Source of the DNA: Octopus sinensis
Lineage: Eukaryota
Direction of reading: 5' to 3'
NCBI RefSeq assembly: GCF_006345805.1
Contig: NC_042997.1
Span: 105,152,001-105,216,000 of the forward strand
DNA length: 64,000 nt
Of the stretch, positions 27,502-39,189 are shown piece after piece. Position 1 is the stretch's first letter. Each line of letters opens with the position of its first letter. Below the pieces are notes generated by a model. It made no database searches. It saw only the letters and a list, made by a program, of their open reading frames with translations, and had not been told where the DNA came from. The position numbers and the translations under genes were made by a program.

Positions 27502-28162
27502 CAGACGGACAGACAGACAGATAGATAGATAGATAATTCGATAGTAGATAGATGATAGATGTAGATAGATAGATAGATATGATAGATAGATAGATAGATT
27601 GAATCATCAAGGAAGCCTATTGCTGAACGTGTGCAAAACTGATCATACGAAGAGATGATTGTTGACAAGGGAAGTAATTAATAGAAAAAAAAAATATATT
27701 TTTTTCTTCTCTGTATTAATTACTTACGGTAATATACGACTAATCATTTATTGTTCTACAGCATTTGTGTTACAGTACGTAACAGCAAGAAATATATCTG
27801 CAGAAAAAATAAAATCTATCAAGTAGAAAAAAAGAAACTGAATATTGGTAGGAGAAATTAATACAATGGCAACAATGAAACTACACTTTTTACAAATATA
27901 ACTTGCGTTTTCATTTCGTCAGCTAATGAAGATTATTAATGGAATGATTAATGACCCCCCACCTATACGTACAGACATGGATATATACATACACACACAC
28001 ACACACATATATATATATTTATATATATATGTATGTATATATATATATATATATGTACATATATACATACATTCATGCACACACACACATACATGCACAC
28101 ACCCACACATATATAATATATATATATAGATATATCTATATATACCATATATATATATATAT

Positions 28163-28229
<67 letters not shown>

Positions 28230-28707
28230 GGGTGTAATTATGCACATATGCTTGTATGAAATGAAGTGTGCAATGAAAAACAAAATGGAATATGAACATT
28301 GAGTACGAAACAAGTAATACTTGAAAAACAAATATATTTTCTCTCTCTCTCCAATATTAATTAATAAATAGACAAATCAACAAGTTGATGTATTCTCACA
28401 CGTAGATCATTTTTTTCTAGGGGCTGTTGATTAAAAAACTTAACGTGGCTGCTTGAACTTTCGATGAGTAGGTAATGAATAGATTCTAAGAAATTTCTCT
28501 AATTTTTGCTTTGTTTTTTGTTGTTTTTTTTTGTTGTGTGTGTAAGTGTGTTGCTATTTCTTATCTTTTTTATGATTCAATTTCTCATTTGTTTTGTTTT
28601 CTTTTTCATCATTTCAACAGAATTTTCATTCGATAGTCGACAATATTCTATAATATATTAACATTGTGTTTCATAATAATAAATAATAAACTGATAAGAA
28701 TAATATT

Positions 28708-28752
<45 letters not shown>

Positions 28753-28949
28753 GTGTGTGTGTGTGTGGTGTGTTTGTGTGTGTGTGTATGTATTATGTTT
28801 ATTATGCATGTGTATGTATGTATGTATGTATGTATGTAATTAGTATGTATGTATGTATGTATGTATGTGTGGTGGTGTGTGTGTATGTATGTATGTATGT
28901 ATGTATGTATGTATGTATGTATGTATGTATGTATGTATGTATGTATATG

Positions 28950-30172
28950 CAGTGGTTGGACAAACTAATGGAAACACCTAGCATCAGAGTATCAGAATTT
29001 TGAAATATCTATAAAACCGTCAAAAGCTTGTTTGTGTTTGTATTGTTTAAAATGTTTTGCTTAAAAGTGCTGTTTCTTTTCAGATATCATCAGAAAAAGG
29101 TAAATAAAGTTCTTTAAAATAACAGATCTATCTGACTTTCAAAGAGGTCAAATTGTTAGTGTCCTTATGGCAGGCGCTAGCGTAACGAAAACCGCCAAAA
29201 TATTTGGTGTATCAAGAAATACTGTCTCGAAAGTAATGACAGCCTTTGAAAAAGAGGGAAAAACCTCCTCGTCGAAAAAAAACTCCGGAAGAAAGGCAAA
29301 ACTTTCAGATAGGGACCGTCGGACTCTTACGCGAATTGTTCGAAAGGATCACAAAAATACAGCTCCCAAAATTACTGCAGAGCTTAATGACCACCTCCAG
29401 AACCCAGTTCCACAAAAGCTGTTCGCTGAGAGCTGCACAAAGCCGAATTTCACGGGGTGGGGCTGCAATCTGAAAAGGACTACTTTCAAAAACAAATGCT
29501 GCAAAGCGTTTTGAGTGGAGTAAAAACCTACAGAATTGCTTCCTGGCGCAGTGGGAAAATGTTATTTTCTCGGACAAGTCAACCATTACCTTATTTCCGA
29601 CCAGCAGCCAAGTATACGCGTGAAGACAGTCAAAAGAAGCATTTGACCCAGACTGCCTTCTTCCAAATGTTAATCATAGAGGAGGATCTGTGATCATCGG
29701 GGCGAGGGGGGTGCTTGGAAATCCGCCAACCCAATGGTTTCCCTTCATGGCAGAATTAGTGATCAAATTCATCCTATGGTCGTGGAACTATTTCCGGAAA
29801 GAAACGCAATCTTTCAGAATGATAATGCACCAATTCACACAGCTGAAATCGTTACTGGAAGGTACGAAGAACATTCTAGAGAAGTTGAATATCTTATCTG
29901 GCCATCACAGTCCCCAGATTTTAATATTTGAACATTTATGGTGCATTTTAGAAAAAACAAGTAAGGAGTCGACATCCTCCACCATCATCACTTAAAGAAC
30001 TGGTGACTGTGTTAGCTGAGGAATGAACAAAAATTACTTTGGAAACAATTCAAGCTTTGTACGAGTCCATACCTCGTAGAACTCAAACTGTAATTATTTC
30101 CAAAGGGGGTCCTACCCATATTAAAATAGATTTGTTTCAAATTTGAAGGAGTTTCTATTATTTTGTCCACCC

Positions 30173-30175
<3 letters not shown>
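28950..30175 (+). mobile_element. Full-length decayed Tc1-family transposon (1226 bp), reconstructed DD36E triad
   Basis: Imperfect TIRs of about 29 bp (cagtggttggacaaactaatggaaacacct vs caggggtggacaaaataatagaaactcct); transposase TDLSDFQRGQIV..GASVTKTA..FSD(K)S..FQNDNAPIH..WPSQSPDFNI(I)EHLW..GGPT with several frameshifts. Confidence 0.95.
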
Positions 30176-30206
<31 letters not shown>

Positions 30207-30299
30207 GATGCGCCAAAAGTCACACACCAGAACATTTCCCGTTTTATTATTGATTCAATATAATATTTTTGCGTGACTTTTGGCCTATTCTGCCCACTT

Positions 30300-30330
<31 letters not shown>

Positions 30331-30390
30331 ATAGATATATATATTTAATATATATATTATTTATATATATATATATATATATCTATATAT

Positions 30391-30448
<58 letters not shown>

Positions 30449-30504
30449 TATATATATATAATAAAAGAAAATGGAGGAATAGATGTTAATCAATCATCAA
30501 CTAC

Positions 30505-30916
30505 AAGCGTAGGAGTGGCTGTGTGGTAAGTAGATTGCTTACCAACCACATGGTTCCGGGTTCAGTCCCACTGCGTGGCACCTTGGGCAAGTGTCTTCTA
30601 CTATAGCCTCGTGCCGACCAAAGCCTTGTGAGTTGATTTGGTAGACGGAAACTGAAAGAAGCCCGTCGTATATATGTATATATATATGTATGTGTGTATA
30701 TATGTTTGTGTGTCTGTGTTTGTCCCTCTAGCATTGCTTGACAACCGATGCGGCTGTGTTTACGTCCCCGTAACTTAGCGGTTCGGCAAAAGAGGCGGAT
30801 AGAATAAGTACTAGGCTTACAAAGCATAAGTCCTGGGGTCGATTTCCTCGACTAAAGGCGGTGCTCCAGCATGGCCACAGTCACATGACTGAAACAAGTA
30901 AAAAGAGTAAAAGAGT
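30505..30916 (+). mobile_element. SINE family B (tRNA head plus CORE-like domain plus internal microsatellite plus tail), full length
   Basis: tggctgtgtggtaag A-box region, ggttcagtccc B-box region, caccttgggcaagtgtc CORE-like motif, tail ends gaaacaagtaaaa(gagtaaaa). Confidence 0.9.
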
Positions 30917-31394
30917 ACTAGATAATACCAATTCATATAATTATTAATTAATTATATAGGAACATCCAGATCAAACAGAATAATACAGAATAAAACAGTA
31001 CACATCAATGAGTAAGATAATACCATAAGAACAATACATATAAATAAATATAAATATAAATATAAAATGGATCTTACAGTTGTTTCAGCCATTTAGATAA
31101 GATTATCTCATTATGCTCATATTAGCGAGACGTATGAAGGTATATATTTATACATATATGTATTATATATACACACATACACACACACACATTATATATT
31201 ATTATATATATTATATATTATATATAATAGATATATATATATAATATATATATATACTATATATATATATATAAATGTATGTATTTATGTATGTATGTAT
31301 ATATATATACGCATGTACACGTATCCAGATCAACCATTCAACGGCGAACGTGATTTTCTCGGGCTCTTTTCATTCTCTCTCTGGACTTTTTCTC

Positions 31395-31510
31395 TTTTTT
31401 TTCTTTTTGACGAAAGGCCGTCATCGAAACGTCACATTCCACTATCTTCTCAGAATTAATGTAATGCACCCACTTCATTCCTCCTTTTGACTTTTGTTAT
31501 TTTCCTGCTT
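31395..31510 (+). mobile_element. Degenerate hammerhead-type terminal remnant (H2-like layout)
   Basis: ttgacga..gaaacgtc followed by a T-rich tail similar to other H2 copies. Confidence 0.35.
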
Positions 31511-31519
31511 ATTTTCGAT

Positions 31520-32155
31520 TTGCCCTTATATATATATATAAAACATACATAATTAATATTAATACAAATTGATATTCCATTTTTCACCCTTATTATTTTA
31601 AACTTAAATTTAAATAACTATGTTCCCTAACCGGCAAAATTCACCGCAGAGAATTATTTTCTGCAGAATTATTTCCGGTACTTTGGCGCGCCAAATCGAA
31701 GACTTTTGAAATATAACCCCATATGTGATTGGTAGAACTATATACATTTTCAATCTCATGCGGACGTTTCGTGTGTAGTTCTGCAAATTAGATTTTGCTA
31801 CGACAATCAAACTGACGAGTTGCGGACATCTGCGTAAGTAATTATATAAGTGGTGACAACGAAAGCGGGTTTGTGGTTAATCTGTATATTTTGTATCATT
31901 TCATTTGTCTTGCTCGCTTACCTTCTGGCGTTTGCTAAATTTTCTTGAGAACATTCCTTTCTTAGTGGTAAGACCATACGGGGGTCGATATCTAGCATAA
32001 TGAATGCCCACTTAGTGGTCATCCCTCTTATATGTATATAATATAATTTTTCTGAATCTTCAGATTTTTCTATATGCTAGATCACTGGTTTTAAATTGAT
32101 ATCAATCAAATTAATATTCAATTTTTCACCCTTAATATTTTAAACTTAATTTATA
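31520..32155 (+). mobile_element. Non-coding element bounded by direct repeats of about 60 bp, with an internal hammerhead-like motif
   Basis: 31551-31612 resembles 32092-32152 (caaatt[g/a]atatt..atttttcaccctta..ttttaaactta); CAAA-CUGACGA-GUUG..CAAC-GAAA..UUUG at 31808-31873. Confidence 0.5.
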
Positions 32156-32195
32156 TATATATATATATACACACACAAACACTCACACATATATA

Positions 32196-32350
32196 AAGGG
32201 AAAGTTTACGAAAATAAACAAAAGGCGAAGGCAGGTGGTGTACAAATAAACAGATGTATTAGTATAGCGCTCAGGAATAGAAAAAGTCTTTTACGTTTCG
32301 AGCCTACGCTCTTCTACAGAAAGATACACAGAAAGAAACAAGGAGAGAAT
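32196..32350 (-). mobile_element. Short element family H2 with hammerhead-like motif (32287-32324)
   Basis: UCUUU-CUGUAGA-A-GAGC guag GCUC-GAA-ACGU-A-AAAGA. Confidence 0.65.
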
Positions 32351-32648
32351 CTTTATATACATACATATGCACATACATACATTCATACATACATACATAC
32401 ATACATACATACATACATACATACATACATACATACATACATACATACATACATGATATGTGTGCTCGTGTGTGTGCATACATGTGTGTGTGTGTGTGTA
32501 TTACTTTTCGGAGTTTTTTCTTTTTCTAAGAGTTCTGTGGTAAAATGTTTAGACCGTCTGAAAAAAATGCACTGAGGTATTTGTTTCGGCTCTTTTCACT
32601 CAAATTTCAACCTTGTCGCTGTCGACATTTTCTCGTCGTATATATATA

Positions 32649-32812
32649 CGACGGGATTCTTTCAGTTTCCGTCTACCAAATCTACTCACAAAGCTTTGGT
32701 CGGCCCGAGGCTGTAGTAGAAGACACTTGCCCAAGGTAACACGTAGTGGGACTAAACCCGCAATCATGTGGTTAGGAAGCAAGCTTCTTATCACACACCC
32801 ACTCCTGCGCCT
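32649..32812 (-). mobile_element. SINE family B, head plus CORE-like domain
   Basis: Colinear with 30505-30670. Confidence 0.85.
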
Positions 32813-33215
32813 GTTGTTAACTGTTATTCAAGATCATCGACGTCTATCCTCTTGTGTTTTCTATATAGTAAGTTTATACGCCAAATGTTTTTTAATTACG
32901 TTTGACAAATTCTGATCCCCGCCCCCATTTTATCCATATTACAGGAAATATACATACTTAAAATAAGTCGTAGACTGCAATCAAGGTTTTGTTTTCAGGC
33001 CTTCATTTCTGATAATTATTACGTTAATATAAGCCGCAGTTTACACACACACACACTCTCCTTCTCTCTCCCCCTTTCTCTCCCCCTCTCTATCTCCCTC
33101 TGTCTCTCTTTCTGTCTCACACACACGCACACACACTGAAAAATAAGGTTGGTGTGCGCTAGACATATGCATCTATATTATAATACAGAAATCCACTTTG
33201 GGGCATGTATTAAAC

Positions 33216-33504
33216 CAGTGGTTCTCAAAGTGGACGATACTGCCCCCCACTGGGGAGGCGGTTTCAAAGATCCAGGGCATGTTGGAGAAAGTGGGGCCGA
33301 TAACGTGGTGGCCAAAAGAGGGTGATGGAAGCAAAGAAAAACAAAATAATGGGTTAATTAGGTTATATTTTACTTGTGAAACATTTTTTTTTAATTTGAA
33401 GTTGAAAGTCGTTAATGTTTTGTGGTGGTAAATGGGGTAGGGCCGCTAGGATCCTGGCCTGAGTAACAAGGATGCGGCAACCCGATAAAGTTTGGGAATC
33501 ACGG
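33216..33504 (+). mobile_element. hAT (Charlie-like) MITE
   Basis: Starts cagtggttctcaaag, ends tttgggaatcacgg; 8-bp TSD TATTAAAC / TAGTAAAC (7 of 8 match). Confidence 0.75.
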
Positions 33505-33754
33505 TAGTAAACGATAACATGTTTAAATCTAACATGTATAGTGTAATTAATGATAGAATGTGAACCACAGTTGACGAAAGGACAAAACAAATGTTGACAA
33601 TCTTTCATTAGTGGGTTGTTATATGTAAAACCATAACAGTTTTTCAAAAGCACGATTTGATTTTACAAGAAATCTCGATCGTTGACCCTACTCACTCACA
33701 CACATGCAGACACACAGACAGAGGATCATACATACAGTTATATATCTTTTATTT

Positions 33755-33900
33755 CCCCTGTTACTTCAGCCATTGACCTGTGACTGTGCTGGGACACCAC
33801 CTTGAAGTATTTAGTAGAACATATCGACCCCAGAACTTATTTTGATATCTGGTAGTTATTCTGCCTGTCTCTTTTGTCGGACACCTAGGTCACAGAAATC
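33755..33900 (-). mobile_element. Diverged SINE family B tail
   Basis: ttacttcagccattgac..ctgggacaccacctt..atcgaccccagaactta. Confidence 0.6.
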
Positions 33901-34081
33901 TCAACAAAGCAGCAACATTTTTCAAGCGATTGGAAGTTGCGTGGACAGACACAATCACAAATATGCTGATATAGTGTGAGTCTGAATGTTTGCCCGATAT
34001 TAGACGGCAGGTTGTACAAACTAGTACAGCTATGCTATTATCGTAAGCATGAAACTCATAGTAGCTCAATTTTAAATCCAC

Positions 34082-34113
<32 letters not shown>

Positions 34114-34115
34114 TG

Positions 34116-34313
34116 TTGATAAAAACGGTAAGATAACAAAAGAAATTAAGAGACCTCGATATTATGTAAATAGAGGAAATTATCTGTAAATGTAATATAT
34201 GACAATTATTCGGTAGCCAAGATAAAACTCCGAGTGAATTTCCACCTCGGCATTCGAAACTCGAGTTTTATCTTGGCTACCGATTAATTGTCACATATTA
34301 CATTTACAGATAA
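34116..34313. repeat. Fold-back element, arms of about 55 bp (34180-34235 / 34259-34313)
   Basis: Arms are reverse complements with 2 mismatches and 1 indel; centre carries ccgag..ctcgg and gaaactcgagtt. Confidence 0.9.
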
Positions 34314-34322
34314 ATATATATA

Positions 34323-34386
<64 letters not shown>

Positions 34387-34399
34387 TATATAGTTATAT

Positions 34400-34516
34400 T
34401 TATATTTAGCTGAAGTAACACAGTGACTCAAGGTCCGATAGTTTCGTGCGCTGACATTTAATTGCCAACGCATGAAACTCTCTGACCTCGAGTCACTCTG
34501 TTACTTCTTCTAGATA
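34400..34516. repeat. Fold-back element, arms of about 40-50 bp
   Basis: gaagtaacacagtgactcaaggtc / gacctcgagtcactctgttacttc (22 of 24), with pairing extending inward. Confidence 0.85.
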
Positions 34517-34631
34517 TTAATAGAAATATACGTATTTTTCCTGTTGCATCAACATTGCATACATACATAGATATATACTTACATGTATGTATGCATGTAT
34601 GTATGCATGTATGTATGCATGTATGTATGTA

Positions 34632-34776
34632 TTCGACGGGCTGTCATTTTACCAAATTCATCACAAGACATTGTTTTGTACCAACTGTAGTGGAAGACAC
34701 TCACCCTAAGTGCCACGTAGTGAAACTGAACTAGAAACCATGTATTTTGAAAGCAAACCTTTCAACCACACAGCCT
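34632..34776 (-). mobile_element. Diverged SINE family B head/CORE-like domain
   Basis: cgacgggct..gaagacact..aagtgccacgtagtg..aaccacacagcc. Confidence 0.65.
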
Positions 34777-35211
34777 AAATTCTCGACAGTGACATTTTGT
34801 GTTATTCATTAATCTATATGCCGTATGATTAAATGTATAATTGCATTTGGCTGCTTCTCGCCAATCTAACTCCACTGTACACGGCAGAATGCTTTTAATT
34901 TGTGTACATTTAAACAATCCGATATGTCTTTCGTCTACACCGCAAATAATATGTCAAAACGTTGAAATGTGTATATTTATGCGTGGTATATTAATTCATA
35001 TATGATGTAGTGTAATGTTTACAAAGTAATTCACTAGAGTTACGCATAGATTACATTTTAACAAATCATCATTTAAAATAAACCAAGCAATCAGTGACAT
35101 AGTATCTTAATGTATAAAAGAGAGACTATATATAAGTTAACAGACTGTGCATATTTAGATGTAAACTATTAGCTTCACGATATTTTATTTCCTGCATTCT
35201 CTCTCGTCCAC

Positions 35212-35254
<43 letters not shown>

Positions 35255-35533
35255 TCTCATGTTCTTTCTTTTTTTTTAACATTATTTATATTTGAAATAT
35301 TGCTCATTCGTTTAACATCAGTTTATGCTTTTATTAATTCTGTAAGATTCATATTTACTTCCCACTCATCCGATTTTGTTAACCATTACATTATAGGTCA
35401 TCTGCATCTATGACGCTTTTTTCATTTGATGCTCCTGTAGCAAATCATGATCGCCAACACCACTGCCACCACCACTATCAAACCACCACCACCACCATCA
35501 TCATCGTCGTCGTCATTATAATTATTGTTAGTG

Positions 35534-35725
35534 GTTTCAAATTTTGGTACAAAGCCAGCAATTTCGGGGAAGGGGCACTAGTTGGTAGCATCGACGCCAG
35601 TATTCACCTGATACTTATTTTTAACGACTTTCCTTTTTCAGAGTCGATAAAGTAAGTAGCTAGGATTGATGTAATCGACATATCCACTCCCTCGAAATTG
35701 CTGGCCTTGTGCCAAAATTTTAAAG

Positions 35726-35726
<1 letters not shown>
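35534..35726. mobile_element. Two SINE family A 3' halves in inverted orientation
   Basis: aaattttggtacaaagccagcaatttcgggga vs reverse complement of tccctcgaaattgctggccttgtgccaaaattt. Confidence 0.7.
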
Positions 35727-35756
<30 letters not shown>

Positions 35757-35757
<1 letters not shown>

Positions 35758-36240
35758 TATGTTTGAGTTTTGCTTTATATTTGTACAAGTTGGCTCCAAG
35801 TCTCACCCAGAGACCTCAAGAGACAACAGGTTGGAAGTTCATGTTGTTGTTATGCCTAGTGTGCCATATATTTGGCACCGAAAATTATGTTTCTTTTAAA
35901 CCTTGAGATTACATAGAAAGTATTTTGCGTAGGATGAACATTTCCCATGAGCACTATCTTTTGAATTTCTGCCATTTTGGGTTTCCTGGTATCTGAGTTA
36001 GGTAGCTATCACCCCTTTGCTATCATTCCCAGGGCACCTATGACAACAGGTATTGTTTTAGTCTTCAGGTTCCACATTTTGCTGATTTCTATTTCAAGAT
36101 CTTTATATTTGCTCAGTTTTTTGTAGGTCTTGACAGATACGTTTATTCGATTGGGACAGTCATATCAATGAGGAGGCATGTTCTTTGTTTGAAGTCTTTC
36201 AATATGATGTCTGGCCTATTTGCATCTATCTTTCTGTCAG

Positions 36241-36242
<2 letters not shown>
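35757..36242 (-). mobile_element. R4/Dong-like non-LTR retrotransposon 3' fragment (restriction-like endonuclease), subfamily 1, in a (TAA)n array
   Basis: TDRKIDANRPDIILKD..CLLIDMTVP..KLSKYKDLEIEISKMWNLKTKTIPVVIGALG; both ends abut (TTA)n. Confidence 0.85.
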
Positions 36243-36278
<36 letters not shown>

Positions 36279-36327
36279 TTTATTATTATTATTATTATTA
36301 TTATTATCATCATCATCATTATTATTA

Positions 36328-36368
<41 letters not shown>

Positions 36369-36397
36369 GGATTATTATTATCATTATTATTATTATT

Positions 36398-37053
<656 letters not shown>

Positions 37054-37128
37054 TTTATTTTATTATTATCATCATCATCATCATTATTATTATTATTATT
37101 ATTATTATCATTATTATTATTATTATTA

Positions 37129-37179
<51 letters not shown>

Positions 37180-37187
37180 CATCATCA

Positions 37188-37250
<63 letters not shown>

Positions 37251-37253
<3 letters not shown>

Positions 37254-37972
37254 TAGTTTTATTTTTATAGCGTGCTTTCACTTCACTACCGAGCGCAGCT
37301 CTGTGTGCCTTGGGTATGTGCTGTGATTTGTTGTGATGCTATGATGGTTATTGTATGGAAAGTGTTCTGCGTAGGATGTGTGCAGTGCCTAGTAGTGCAA
37401 TTTTCTGTATGTTATATGTGTTTGTAAGTCCTGGTGTTTTTGTTATGTATTTGTCTGAATATTTTTTATCATGCCTAATGCACCTACTATGATAGGAATT
37501 GTTTCTGTTTTCAGATTCCACATTCTAGTTACCTCTATTTCCAGGTCTTTGTATTTTGAGAGTTTCTCCATTTCTTTTAGAGACACGTTGTCATCTGCCG
37601 GTATTGATACATCAATTAGAAAGCATTTTTTTTCTTCATGATCTCTGACAACTATATCTGGTCTGTTGGCCTTAATTTCTCTATCTTGTGTATCGGCATA
37701 TCCCAGAGTATGGTTGCTTTCTCGTTTTCTGTGACCTTTTCTGGTGTGTGCCTATACCATCTTTTTTCTGTTGTTATTCCATAATGTTGGCATTGCTTCC
37801 AATGTATGTAGGTTCCAACTCTGTCATGTCTGTGAATATATTCCTTCTTAGCCAGGACTGGGCAGCTAGAGATAATATGATTTATTGTTTCTTGTCCATC
37901 TCCACATATTCTGCAGTTACTTGTAATATTTCTTTTCATTACATGTTTTTGGTAATTTCTGGTGGGGAGGCT
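37251..37972 (-). mobile_element. R4/Dong-like non-LTR retrotransposon 3' fragment (CCHC plus RLE), subfamily 2, in a (TAA)n array
   Basis: CRICGDGQETINHIISSCPVLAKKEYIHRHD..ILWD..RPDIVV..LIDVSIP..KLSKYKDLEIE..GALG; two 1-nt frameshifts; flanked by (TTA)n. Confidence 0.9.
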
Positions 37973-38025
37973 TTTATTATTATTATTATATTATTATTAT
38001 TATTATTATTATTATTATCATTATT

Positions 38026-38056
<31 letters not shown>

Positions 38057-38068
38057 TTGTTGTTGTTG

Positions 38069-38115
<47 letters not shown>

Positions 38116-38149
38116 GTTGTTGTTGTTATTACTATTATTATTATTATTG

Positions 38150-38201
<52 letters not shown>

Positions 38202-38245
38202 CATCGTCATCATCATCATCAAAATTATTATTATTATTATTATTA

Positions 38246-38512
38246 CAGTTCTATATTTAAGAGATGAAGAATTATGTACCTTATTTACATTGTTTACAAT
38301 TGACAGATATCTGTCATCATGTTGTTTGTTGTTAACACAACGTTTCGGCTGATATACCCTCCAGCCTTCGTCAGGTTTCTTGGGGAACCCAAGTTCGAAA
38401 TTTCTCCAAGACACCTGATGGCGGCTGAGGGATATATCAGCCAAAACGTTGTATTAACAACCAACAAGATAAGGATAAATATCCGTCGATTGTAAATAAT
38501 GTAAATAATGTA
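38246..38512. repeat. Fold-back element made of two inverted hammerhead-bearing ends
   Basis: 38280-38385 and 38400-38510 are imperfect reverse complements; flanked by (TTA)n. Confidence 0.85.
38334..38379 (-). ncRNA. Minimal type I hammerhead ribozyme-like motif (family H3), intact core
   Basis: GAAAC-CUGACGA-A-GGCUG gaggguauau CAGCC-GAA-ACGU-U-GUGUU. Confidence 0.7.
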
Positions 38513-38559
38513 TTATTATTATTACTATTATTAGTATTAAGCTAGTGCATGCTACTTTA

Positions 38560-38930
38560 AAATAAGTACCAGCTGAGCACTGGGGTCTATGTAATCGAAA
38601 TATCTTCTGCCCCGAAATTGTTGGCCTTGTGCCAAAACTTGAAAGCAACATCATTATTATCATCATTATCATCATCTTTATCATCATCACCCCATCATCA
38701 TCATCATCATCATTATGAAAGCAGTGAGTGGACAGAACCGTTAAAGGTCTGGAAATATACTTTGTACTATTGTTCCACCTCTTTACTTTCTGAGTTCAGA
38801 TCCCGCTACAATCAAATTTTCTGTTCATCCCCTCGAGGTCAATAAAATAAAGAACTAGTCAAATGTTGGATTGTTGTAATCGACTTAACCCTTTCCTTGT
38901 AAGTGCTAGCATTGTATCAGAATTGAAAAT
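38560..38930 (+). mobile_element. Two diverged SINE family A remnants separated by a (CAT)n tract
   Basis: aaataagtaccagctgagcactggggtc..ttggccttgtgccaaaa; ttctgagttcagatccc..gaggtcaataaaata. Confidence 0.6.
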
Positions 38931-39189
38931 AATAATAATCGTTGTTGTCTTTTTCCGTCGAGCCGAACGTGTTTTGGAAACTTCGTGAGGTTTTCTCTCT
39001 TTTGCTATTTAGATATTTATTTTGTTGATTTTATTAGTCTACTTACTGTCTTAGTTGACCGAACCATAAGGTACTGATCAATCGCTTCTATTACTCTTCC
39101 TACAGAGCAAAATATGTAAAGAAAGTTGTTTTCGAAATATATGATGGGAAGTCAAATATTATCCTCACTTTCGCCATAGCATATCTTTA

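Noticed and set aside
27300-27620. ORFs spanning the N run
   Set aside because: Artefacts of translating an assembly gap; adjacency across the gap is itself uncertain.
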